Shown here piece after piece: positions 31,110-39,903 of a DNA stretch of 64,000 nt. The notes beneath the pieces were generated by a model that ran no database searches, was not told where the DNA came from, and worked only from the letters and a program-made list of their open reading frames with translations. Each line of letters opens with the position of its first letter. Within the stretch, counting starts at the first letter, position 1. A program made the position numbers and the translations under genes. The DNA is from Candidatus Woesearchaeota archaeon (GTDB taxonomy: Archaea; Nanobdellota; Nanobdellia; Pacearchaeales; GW2011-AR1), in assembly GCA_964612895.1 (NCBI GenBank), contig CAZTFL010000001.1, positions 371,560-435,559 on the forward strand, read 5' to 3'.

Positions 31110-32323
31110 AATTAAGTTTTTTGTTTATATTTTTATTGATTTTACCTTTCTGTTTTGCTAGTCCTAAATTAGAAATTTTTAATGATAATCCTAATTATTT
31201 AGAAACTATTGTTGCAGAAATATCAACTGATGGAGTCTTTTATGAAGATATTTCTATAGATGATATTAAGTTATTTGATGGAAGAAGAGAAATTAATGTT
31301 GAGTCAAAATTATATAATAATAATGGAACTTATTATGTTTATTTTAATTTTTTATCAGCTGGAACTTATAATATAGTTATAAAAGAATTATTGTATAAAG
31401 TTGGAAACAATATTTTATCCGGAAATATAAACGAAAGTATTACGCTATCAAATAACAATGATAATGTATTGTCTATTAATCCTGGAATAGTTTTTTCCGA
31501 AAATCCAAAGACCTTACTTACTAATAATGGTAAAAATAAGATAAGTGTAAGATATGATTCTTTAAGTTTTGATTTGGTGCCTGGAGAGTCAAAATATATT
31601 GAATTTTCTAAAAATTTATCTTTTGAATTAGTTCAAATAAATAGTTATAAAACATTTAAAATTCCTGTTATATACATAAAACCTATAACTTCCACAAAAC
31701 CATCTGAAGTTGTAAAATCTTTTAGCGTAAGACCTCAAGAGTCAAGTATTACACTAAACTCATATGAAAATGAAAATAAATATGCAACTTTTTCTTTTCT
31801 AAACTTTAATAATAACAATATTTCAAAATTTAAAATCAGTAATAGCTTAAGTTTTGTACGTTTAGAAGTTGTCGGAGAAAACATAAATCCAAAAGGAAAT
31901 ATAAATATGTCAATTAATTATGGACACGATACTGAAGGAATGTTTGTTGATAATGTAAGTATTTCTTATTATGAAAATGGTATTTTTTATAATTATACAA
32001 TTCCTTTATATTTCATTGTATATCCAAGTGTTGTTAGTGATCCTTCTACTGGATATTCTTTCTTTCAATCTAAAACATGTAAAGAGCTAGGAGGAGAACT
32101 TTGTTTGGGAACATGTGCAAATGGTGGAACATCATATAAAACAATTGATGAGGGAACTACTTATTGTTGTGTTGGAGGAACTTGTGTCCAAGATATTGAT
32201 ATTGGAGGAAAGAATGAAGAAAAATCTAGCGGATGGATTTGGGGATTGATTATATTAATAATTCTTGGATTTGTTGGATATAAAATATTTGATAAATATA
32301 AGAAATTTGGAAAAAAAAATTGA
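31106..32323 (+). CDS. Secreted Asn-rich protein with a Cys-rich module and a C-terminal TM anchor
   Basis: Signal LSFLFIFLLILPFCFA; C-proximal CKELGGELCLGTCANGG...YCCVGGTC similar to the upstream gene's modules; TM IWGLIILIILGFVGYKIF; 4-nt overlap with the previous gene. Confidence 0.45.
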   Translation: MKLSFLFIFLLILPFCFASPKLEIFNDNPNYLETIVAEISTDGVFYEDISIDDIKLFDGRREINVESKLYNNNGTYYVYFNFLSAGTYNIVIKELLYKVGNNILSGNINESITLSNNNDNVLSINPGIVFSENPKTLLTNNGKNKISVRYDSLSFDLVPGESKYIEFSKNLSFELVQINSYKTFKIPVIYIKPITSTKPSEVVKSFSVRPQESSITLNSYENENKYATFSFLNFNNNNISKFKISNSLSFVRLEVVGENINPKGNINMSINYGHDTEGMFVDNVSISYYENGIFYNYTIPLYFIVYPSVVSDPSTGYSFFQSKTCKELGGELCLGTCANGGTSYKTIDEGTTYCCVGGTCVQDIDIGGKNEEKSSGWIWGLIILIILGFVGYKIFDKYKKFGKKN

Positions 32324-32324
32324 A

Positions 32325-32798
32325 TTATTTATTTTTACTTTTTTTAGCTTTATCTATTAATTTCCCGTCTTTTATAAGATTATTATTTTCCATTATTTTT
32401 ATAGCTTCTTTTAATTGATTATTTAAAAGAAAAATTCTTTCATGCGCAGCTCTTGCTATAGCATCATAACTATGTAATTTTGCTATTAATGAGTTTAAAA
32501 TATCTGTAGATTCTTTACATTTTATTTTTATTTCTGATGGTTCTACAACTTCTATAGAAGAAGGCATAAAATTTATAACTATTTGAGAAAGAATTTCAAG
32601 TGATGGACATGAGATTTCGACTTCTGAAAAACACATAAAAACATCTTCTTTATCATCTTTTTTTGGCTCAGAAATATTTTTTGATATTATTTTTACCTCT
32701 TTTATTTCCCCAATTTTATTTACATGTTCATTTAAAGTCTCAATTAAGTGTTCCTTAGGTCTCCCAAGCATTTCTATAATCATTATTGCATTTACCAT
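32325..32798 (-). CDS. Hypothetical cytosolic protein
   Basis: Complete ORF with a charged, helical C-terminus and no recognisable motifs; overlaps the upstream gene by 44 nt. Confidence 0.3.
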   Translation of the reverse strand: MVNAIMIIEMLGRPKEHLIETLNEHVNKIGEIKEVKIISKNISEPKKDDKEDVFMCFSEVEISCPSLEILSQIVINFMPSSIEVVEPSEIKIKCKESTDILNSLIAKLHSYDAIARAAHERIFLLNNQLKEAIKIMENNNLIKDGKLIDKAKKSKNK

Positions 32799-33432
32799 GT
32801 CTTATTAATTGAAATAGTAAAATTGAAACGAAAAACACAATTAATATATAAAATAAACTATTCTTTACTTTATATGTTTTCGATTCATAGACTATTTCTT
32901 CTGAAATATTATTAGAATTTAGCTTTATAATTGTTTTGGATGTAAATGTTTGATTTTTTTGTATTATTTCTTCCTTTGTTTTATTAATTACTTTTCTAGT
33001 ATTATCTATTTTTTCATCTTTATCTTTTTGAATGTCTTCTTCCTTAATATTTTCTTTTAAAATTATTCTTATTTCCTTTTTTTCTTCAACAACATAACCA
33101 CTTGTTCCAGATTGTCTTATTCTCATTAATATATTAGCGTCTCCTACATAATCATTAATTATTGTTTTAATTTTATAACTACCCGATTTATCTACTAAAT
33201 TATTAATATACCAATCTGATCTTTGCCAGTTATTATTCCATACTTTATTTATTGTAGAATTAATTCCTTGAATTTGGAGTTTAACATCAAAATATTCATT
33301 AACATCTGAAATATTTAATGTACAATAAAAGTCTTCTCCTGCTAACACCGAATTTGGACATTCAAAACTATCCAAAGAAATAGCATTTACTGAAGATATA
33401 AATAAAATTATAACAAAAAAGAATTTCATCAA
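32755..33432 (-). CDS. Secreted protein with a C-terminal TM anchor
   Basis: Signal MMKFFFVIILFISSVNA, TM FYILIVFFVSILLFQLI, Cys pair near the N-terminus. Confidence 0.4.
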   Translation of the reverse strand: MMKFFFVIILFISSVNAISLDSFECPNSVLAGEDFYCTLNISDVNEYFDVKLQIQGINSTINKVWNNNWQRSDWYINNLVDKSGSYKIKTIINDYVGDANILMRIRQSGTSGYVVEEKKEIRIILKENIKEEDIQKDKDEKIDNTRKVINKTKEEIIQKNQTFTSKTIIKLNSNNISEEIVYESKTYKVKNSLFYILIVFFVSILLFQLIRHGKCNNDYRNAWET

Positions 33433-33458
33433 TTATAAATAAAAAATAATATTATATT

Positions 33459-33956
33459 TTATATCATCCATTTTGGATAAATTTCAGAAAAATTTTCATA
33501 TTTGATATATATTTTATTTTTTATTTTATCCTTTTGTGCAATTATTATCTCTGAGAATACTTTATTCTTCAAATACCATGAGCATTTTTCTTTTTCTATC
33601 TTTTGTAACAAACCATTTGATTTTACTTCAACTCCTATTACTTTATAATATTCATTTATTTTTTGAAATGCTAGAAAATCTGGGAATCCTGTTCCTATTG
33701 TCATTACCCCCATATTTTTATTAAATCTTTTAAATATTCTTTTTGATGGTATTATTTTATTTTCATCTATATTATTTGACCATTTAACCACAATCCACCC
33801 CTTTTCTTCTAAATCTTTTCTTACTTTTAATTCAAATAATGAACCACTTGATTTACTTTTCTTACCTTTCAATACATTCTTTTTATTTTTTAGAATTATA
33901 TTTCCCTCATTATCAAAATCTATTTTATGCTCTACCTCATTTTCTAATTCTTCCAT
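33459..33956 (-). CDS. hjc: Hjc-like Holliday-junction resolvase / PD-(D/E)xK nuclease with N-terminal extension and insertion
   Basis: GSLFELKVRKDLEEKGWIVVK...GFPDFLAF...VIGVEVKS follows the Hjc pattern G-x-x-E...D-(L/F)-(I/L)-A...E-V-K. Confidence 0.45.
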   Translation of the reverse strand: MEELENEVEHKIDFDNEGNIILKNKKNVLKGKKSKSSGSLFELKVRKDLEEKGWIVVKWSNNIDENKIIPSKRIFKRFNKNMGVMTIGTGFPDFLAFQKINEYYKVIGVEVKSNGLLQKIEKEKCSWYLKNKVFSEIIIAQKDKIKNKIYIKYENFSEIYPKWMI

Positions 33957-34000
33957 TTTATGTAATAATTATTATATTTTATATAATTTGTTTTTAAAAA

Positions 34001-34168
34001 TCATAAATCTCTAGACAACAATGTTCTTCTGAAATTTTCTTTTGCTCTTTTTTCTGCCTTTTTCAACATATCTTCAACTTGTTTTTCAAATTCGATGAAA
34101 AATTCATCACTAACTGAGAAATCTGTTATTTTTCTTATATTACTTCTTATTATCAATCCACCTTTCAT
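34001..34168 (-). CDS. 55-aa histone-fold-like / DUF1931-like small basic protein (below the ORF-track cutoff)
   Basis: MKGGLIIRSNIRKITDFSVSDEFFIEFEKQVEDMLKKAEKRAKENFRRTLLSRDL resembles the DUF1931 histone-fold pattern ending GRkT(v/l)...D(l). Confidence 0.3.
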   Translation of the reverse strand: MKGGLIIRSNIRKITDFSVSDEFFIEFEKQVEDMLKKAEKRAKENFRRTLLSRDL

Positions 34169-34274
34169 GTATATTACAATTATTGTTTATTTATATTTGT
34201 TATGTTTAGATTAAACTCATTAAAAATATTAATTATGCGCGAACTTTTAAAAATGTATATTAATTCTATTTATT

Positions 34275-34769
34275 GTGGAAAAAAATGTTTGGGAATTTAC
34301 TAATCAGAAAAAATTAGATAAAAAAGAATTTATTGCCTATTTCGAGAAAAAAGTGTTCAAAACTATTAGAAAATATGGTTTACTCCCAAAAAACAAGATT
34401 TTTAAAATTAGAAAATCTGGAGATTTGAATACTATTGTATTGAAATATATTTTAGAACAAAAATTTAGTGTTGTATTTTCTAATAAACCCAATGTTATTT
34501 CTGATAATCTTTCCGATATAAGTGAGGAAATTTTTATTAATATCTTAAACGGGATTTTTTCTGGATTATTACCAAAGGAAAATGATATTGGAATTCCTTT
34601 ATATTTTAATTCCGACAAAGAATTAATTTTATATGCTAAATTGAAAAACTTAAAAGGCTCTTTAAGAAAAAGAGATAAAAAAGTGCAAGAATTATTCTCT
34701 AAATTTATTGTAAAAAATCCAGATTTGGAAATAAATATAATAAAAGCCCTTGGACAATTAGTTGATTAA
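34275..34769 (+). CDS. Hypothetical protein (GTG start), possibly a degenerate PP-loop/alpha-hydrolase fold
   Basis: Complete ORF with a GTG start; IRKSGDLNTIVLKYIL is only weakly PP-loop-like (true PP-loop is SGGxDS), and no other motifs were recognised. Confidence 0.3.
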   Translation: MEKNVWEFTNQKKLDKKEFIAYFEKKVFKTIRKYGLLPKNKIFKIRKSGDLNTIVLKYILEQKFSVVFSNKPNVISDNLSDISEEIFINILNGIFSGLLPKENDIGIPLYFNSDKELILYAKLKNLKGSLRKRDKKVQELFSKFIVKNPDLEINIIKALGQLVD

Positions 34770-36605
34770 TTCTTTCATCTCGTCTGTTATAAATGATGTC
34801 TGAGAACCTGAATATGTTATAAATAATTTTTCTTTTGCCCTACTTATTGCGACATAAAACAATCTTAATTCTTCAGAATCCTTGTCATAATTTTCGTTTT
34901 TTATACATTCTATTATTGGATGATCTGATGCTCTACATGGAAAATTTTGATTATTACACCCTACTAAAAAAACTGTATTCGCTTCAAGTCCCTTTATCGC
35001 ATGAATTGTAGCAAGAGTTAAGAAATTTTCTTTAATTTGAACATCTAAACTATCTTCTGTTTTTAAAATAAAATTAATATTTATTCTCCTTAACATATTT
35101 GCTATATTATTTAATTGTTTATTAGTTCTTGATAATATAAAAATTTCATTTAATTTTTCTTTAGTTTCTTTTAAATATTCTATTATAAAACTAATTTCAG
35201 CTTCTTCATTTTCGAAACTAAATATTTTTATTTGAGAGTCATTATCAAATATAGCTTCTAAATCCGGGAGCTCCATCTCTTTTATTGAATTATTCATCAA
35301 ATCAACTATTTTGCTTTTACTTCTATAATTTTTTGTTAGATTTATTATTTCACTACTTAAAAAATCTTTCTCAAAATTTAATATAAAATTAATATCACTT
35401 CCTCTCCAACCAAAAATTGATTGTCTTGGATCTCCAACTGCATAAATATTAGAAGGGGACAATAATTTTATTAACAAAACTTGTTGAGTATTTACGTCTT
35501 GATATTCATCTATCAATATATGCTCAAACTTAGGAATATCTTGTGGATATTTTTTAAAGAAATTTATTGTATCTATTATTTGATCTGTATAGTCTCTCAA
35601 ATTGTTTATCTCCATATGTTTTTTGATTAATTTTATGATATTATATAATAAATTTGCATTTCTTTTTTCCTTTTCCTCTACTTCTTTACTAAAATCGTAA
35701 AATTCTTGTCGTGTAATTTTGAAATATTCTATTATAGAAAAACAATCATTCAAAAAAATATTTTGGAGCTGATTTATTTCTTTTCCTTCTTTTTGTTTTG
35801 AGGAAAAATATTCATTTATTACTTCTTCTATATTTCGTCCTAACATATCTAATGCAAAATTCAATGCAAGAAATTTATCTGTATAACTCATCATTCTCAT
35901 CTTTTTACCATATATTTTTTGTTCATTTTCTTTTAATATTTTCTCACAAAAAGAATTAAATGTATGAATTTGAACATTTTTTATATTCAATAATTCTAAT
36001 CTTCTTATCATTTCTTGTCGTGCTTTTCTTGTAAAAGTAATTGCTAAAATATTTTCTTCTCTAACTTTTTTATATCTTATTAAAAATTCTATTCTTTTTA
36101 TTAGAGTAGTAGTTTTCCCAGTACCAGCTCCAGCGACTGTTAGTATATTTTTTTTATCTGAAATTATAGATTGTTTTTGTTCTTTATTGTATCCGTCTAA
36201 AAAATCTATATATTTTTCAAATTCTAATTCATTTTCTTTAGATATTTCTTTTATATTTTCAAAATATTTTTTCTTTTCTTTATTTAATGTAGGATTTATT
36301 ATTTCGTTTTGACCTTTTATTGTTAATCTTAATACTTTAACAAATTTATTATAATCTGGAGAGAATTCTTCAATTATTTTATTTTTTAACATTTTATTTA
36401 TGTAATCTAATACTTTTTGTTTGTCTAAATTTAAACTTCCGAAAAAGTGTAGTTCATCTAATTGATTTTTAGATATAGATTTATTAGAATAACTTCCTAT
36501 TACAAAATCGGCAAGCAAATTTTTTCCTACTTCGAATGGTAATTCTTTAATTGCTTTTAAAATATTTATGTAATCTAAATTTTCTTCCTCTTTTTGGATA
36601 TCCAT
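34758..36605 (-). CDS. UvrD/PcrA-family SF1 helicase with an N-terminal RQC-like winged-helix domain
   Basis: Walker A AGAGTGKTTT; UvrD motifs DEYQD, GDPRQSIFGWRG, LFYVAISRAKEKL; the first 140 aa resemble the RecQ RQC wH (FVIGSYSNKSISKNQLDELHFFGSL). Confidence 0.8.
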   Translation of the reverse strand: MDIQKEEENLDYINILKAIKELPFEVGKNLLADFVIGSYSNKSISKNQLDELHFFGSLNLDKQKVLDYINKMLKNKIIEEFSPDYNKFVKVLRLTIKGQNEIINPTLNKEKKKYFENIKEISKENELEFEKYIDFLDGYNKEQKQSIISDKKNILTVAGAGTGKTTTLIKRIEFLIRYKKVREENILAITFTRKARQEMIRRLELLNIKNVQIHTFNSFCEKILKENEQKIYGKKMRMMSYTDKFLALNFALDMLGRNIEEVINEYFSSKQKEGKEINQLQNIFLNDCFSIIEYFKITRQEFYDFSKEVEEKEKRNANLLYNIIKLIKKHMEINNLRDYTDQIIDTINFFKKYPQDIPKFEHILIDEYQDVNTQQVLLIKLLSPSNIYAVGDPRQSIFGWRGSDINFILNFEKDFLSSEIINLTKNYRSKSKIVDLMNNSIKEMELPDLEAIFDNDSQIKIFSFENEEAEISFIIEYLKETKEKLNEIFILSRTNKQLNNIANMLRRININFILKTEDSLDVQIKENFLTLATIHAIKGLEANTVFLVGCNNQNFPCRASDHPIIECIKNENYDKDSEELRLFYVAISRAKEKLFITYSGSQTSFITDEMKELIN

Positions 36606-36704
36606 TGATTAGATTAAAAAAAATCATTATTTAAATTTCACTAAACTAATTTAATAAATTCATTTATTGATACTTCCAAAAAATATTTACATTTATGAGT
36701 ATTG

Positions 36705-37592
36705 TTATTTATCAATAGCATCAAATAATTTTTTAATTTCTTCTATATTTTTTGATTTTATCAAATTTCTTCTCATTTCTTTTGCTTTTTTATTATTTTT
36801 AGTAAAATTCATTGCCTGATATTTTATTTGTCTATAACTGATATTATATTTTTGTGATAATCTTAAATAATCTTTGAATGATATTTTTGATTTTTGATTT
36901 GTTAATTCGGAAAATATATTTGGATTACCTATTGAATTTCTTCCAATCATGACAAAGTCAAAATCATTCAATATTTTTTGATAATTATTTATATCAACAT
37001 TTCCCGAGTATATAACAGGAATTTTTACATTTCGTTTAAGTTTTATGGCAAATTCATAATCCGGAATTCCTGAATAACCTTGATCAATTGTTCTTGGATG
37101 TATTATTATGGCATTAAATCCTAAATTTTCAGCCATTTTTGCAATTTTTATAGAGTAGTTTGATTTTCTTAATTTAATAGTACAGGGTTTTCTTGTAGAA
37201 TTTCTAATCTCTTTTAGTATTTTTACTACTTTATCTATATCTTTTTGTAAAAATGCTCCATGTTGTAATTTTTTTGATAATTTTGATGGACATCCTAAAT
37301 TATAATCCCAAAGAGATACTTCTTTATCATATTTCTTTATAAAAGATTTTATTCCTTTTTCATCATTAGAGAATATCTGTAATGCTGGTTTATCATCTAA
37401 TATTACTTTTTTATTGCTTTTAGTGCTTATCATTCCTGTAAAGGTTAATGCACATCCTACTTTTTTACATAATAATCTAAAAGAAATATCGTTTGGTTCC
37501 AACATCGGAGCTAATAATACTCTGTTTTTTAATTTTAAATTACCTATTTTATATTTTACCATTTTAGTATCTGAAAAATTCAACAAGACCAA
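36705..37592 (-). CDS. tRNA-dihydrouridine synthase (Dus family TIM barrel)
   Basis: LAPMLEPNDISFR, YNLGCPSKL (NxGCP), FMN-binding barrel pattern. Confidence 0.75.
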   Translation of the reverse strand: MVLLNFSDTKMVKYKIGNLKLKNRVLLAPMLEPNDISFRLLCKKVGCALTFTGMISTKSNKKVILDDKPALQIFSNDEKGIKSFIKKYDKEVSLWDYNLGCPSKLSKKLQHGAFLQKDIDKVVKILKEIRNSTRKPCTIKLRKSNYSIKIAKMAENLGFNAIIIHPRTIDQGYSGIPDYEFAIKLKRNVKIPVIYSGNVDINNYQKILNDFDFVMIGRNSIGNPNIFSELTNQKSKISFKDYLRLSQKYNISYRQIKYQAMNFTKNNKKAKEMRRNLIKSKNIEEIKKLFDAIDK

Positions 37593-38259
37593 TATCGTCC
37601 CAAATATACAAACTATCTCCCTCCTGATTAAATATATGAGAAAAATTTTCTGAATAAATTCCTTCGTTTAATGTTCTTTTATAAATATGAGTTGCATCAT
37701 CTTTTATTATTACATTTATTTTCTTCCCACAATTATTGGATAATATTAATGTTTCATTTCCGTATATATCGTCATTATATTTTAATTCTACTAAATTTAT
37801 ACAATCATAATTAATTGATTTATTCCATATCCCTAAATTGTTTTTTCTAGCGTAAAATTCAGCATTATATAATTCGTCATAATACTTGTCTTTGTCATAG
37901 TAATACAGATGAGCGTATCCTTTTTCTAGGATATTTTTATTTATATTATCGTTATTTAGAAATATGTATGATAATTTCCTGCCATATTTATCGCTCTCAA
38001 TTATTTCTATTTTTACTGTTTTATTTAATATTGTGTTGATTAAAAATTCTGTCGCAAGTTCTGAGTGTAACATGTTTTTTTCTGGAGTATTTATTCCCAA
38101 CATTCTTATTTTAAAAGAATTTTCCAATTCTACAGTATCTCCATCAATTATCCTTGTTATTAGATATTCTTCTATATTCGTTTTAGAAGATGCCCAAGAA
38201 TAATAAAGGAAACCTGACAGAATAAACAAAAAGATTAAAAGTAATTCTTTTTTTTTCAT
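37564..38259 (-). CDS. Secreted thermonuclease (staphylococcal nuclease homologue) with a C-terminal extension
   Basis: Signal peptide; RIIDGDTVEL...RMLGINTPE SNase catalytic motifs. Confidence 0.75.
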   Translation of the reverse strand: MKKKELLLIFLFILSGFLYYSWASSKTNIEEYLITRIIDGDTVELENSFKIRMLGINTPEKNMLHSELATEFLINTILNKTVKIEIIESDKYGRKLSYIFLNNDNINKNILEKGYAHLYYYDKDKYYDELYNAEFYARKNNLGIWNKSINYDCINLVELKYNDDIYGNETLILSNNCGKKINVIIKDDATHIYKRTLNEGIYSENFSHIFNQEGDSLYIWDDIGLVEFFRY

Positions 38260-38309
38260 ATTTATTAAATGATAGTAAAGTTTAAAAGGATATTTTTTTA
38301 TTTTAATTC

Positions 38310-38618
38310 ATGAGTAAAGTAAGAATTAATCTACAAAGTGTAGATATCAATAAATTGAATGAAGTTATTGATAAGATAAAAGAAATAGCAAGCGCATCTG
38401 GGATTACAATTTCTGGCCCTATTCCTTTACCAACAAAAAGATTAAAAGTAACAACACGAAAATCTCCTTGTGGAGCTGGTACTGCTACTTTTGATAGATT
38501 TGAAATGAGAATTCATAAAAGAGTTATTGATGTTCAAGCAAATGATAAAGTTTTACATAGTATTATGAGAATTTCTATTCCTAGAACTGTTAAAATTAAG
38601 ATAGAAATGATTGATTAA
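38310..38618 (+). CDS. rps10: Ribosomal protein S10 (uS10)
   Basis: VRINLQSVD...GPIPLPTKRLKVTTRKSPCG...DRFEMRIHKRVIDV matches uS10 throughout. Confidence 0.85.
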   Translation: MSKVRINLQSVDINKLNEVIDKIKEIASASGITISGPIPLPTKRLKVTTRKSPCGAGTATFDRFEMRIHKRVIDVQANDKVLHSIMRISIPRTVKIKIEMID

Positions 38619-38669
38619 TTAGTAATTTTATATACATTAATTCTTAAACTTTTATTTAGTTGTGTTTTT

Positions 38670-39869
38670 ATGGAAAGTTTATGTGTTAAATGTAAGGGGA
38701 AGGGACTTTGTGGAAAACCTTGCAAAATTTTAAAACAATTCAGTTCAAGTATTCCAAAAATAACTACACATTTTTCTGGACCATCACCTCCTGAAATTTT
38801 TGTTGGAAGAATTGGATATCCATATGTCAATACTGGAATATTAGCTCCAACTAATTATGAAAGTAAACATTCAGATTTTAATAATGCGGAACAATGGTCA
38901 AAATCAAATTTGAATATTGCAAATATTTTAAGACTACGAAGTCAGTTAATTTATGGGAAAACTCAAACAAACATAAAAAGTTCTGAAAAGATAAAAGATA
39001 TCATTAAAGAATTAGCTATGAGCGACAAACCTACTTCTACAGAATTTTTTTTGAAAAGAAAACCTATTGTAAATCTTAATATATCAAATTTATTTAAACC
39101 AATGATAAATCCTGCTCCTATTGAAAAGGTTAATTTAGAAGAAAATGTAAAAATTCAAAAGAAAGTTGATTATTTAGTTAACGACGTTGATTGTAAGGCT
39201 ACAACAGCTATTGATGAATTATATAAATCAAATATTGGTGTTGATCATTTGCAGAAAATTTTGTCAGTTGGTCTTATTGGAAAAAAGGTTGCACGAAGAA
39301 TGGTTCCGACACGTTGGAGTATCACTGCCATTGATGATATAATTTCGAAAGAATTAATAAATAAAATAAAAAATTATGATTCTATAAATGAAATTGAACT
39401 TTTTAGTGACAATTATCTAGGGAATTTTATCGAAATTTTATTGTTGCCTGGAATGTTTTGTTTTGATGCTATTGAAGCGTGGGATAGTACAGATTCTTTT
39501 GAAAATAAAATCGTCTTTTCTGAGGACTATGAGTCTTTTGATGGACGGAAAAAATACGCGTCTAATATTACTGGTGGGTATTACGCTATGCGTCTTCCAG
39601 TTAGCGAACTTCTTGAAAGAATAAGAAGACAGGCTAGTGTATTCGTTTTTAGAAGAATAACGCATGAATATTATGCTCCTCTTGGGGTTGGTATTGTAAG
39701 AGAAACTACTAGAAGAGCTATTGAGAATAAGTCTGAAAAATTTAATTCTATAAATGAAGCATTAGTTGTTATATCAAAAAGAACTGGAATATCTATTGAA
39801 GAAATTTCCCAAAGATCTTGGTTATTAAAAAATTACGGAAAACAAAAAACAATAAATGATTTTTTATAG
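38670..39869 (+). CDS. nreA: Nre-family (DUF650/DUF651) putative DNA-repair protein
   Basis: N-terminal CVKCKGKGLCGKPC...FSGPSPPEIFVGRIGYPYV is the Nre signature. Confidence 0.55.
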   Translation: MESLCVKCKGKGLCGKPCKILKQFSSSIPKITTHFSGPSPPEIFVGRIGYPYVNTGILAPTNYESKHSDFNNAEQWSKSNLNIANILRLRSQLIYGKTQTNIKSSEKIKDIIKELAMSDKPTSTEFFLKRKPIVNLNISNLFKPMINPAPIEKVNLEENVKIQKKVDYLVNDVDCKATTAIDELYKSNIGVDHLQKILSVGLIGKKVARRMVPTRWSITAIDDIISKELINKIKNYDSINEIELFSDNYLGNFIEILLLPGMFCFDAIEAWDSTDSFENKIVFSEDYESFDGRKKYASNITGGYYAMRLPVSELLERIRRQASVFVFRRITHEYYAPLGVGIVRETTRRAIENKSEKFNSINEALVVISKRTGISIEEISQRSWLLKNYGKQKTINDFL

Positions 39870-39903
39870 TATGTCGTTATTTTATACACGAAAACCTTAA
39901 AAT

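Noticed and set aside
32325-32798. Possible aEF-1beta or KEOPS subunit identity for the 157-aa protein
   Set aside because: Its pattern resembles several small alpha/beta families only loosely, and no defining motif was found, so it is left as hypothetical.
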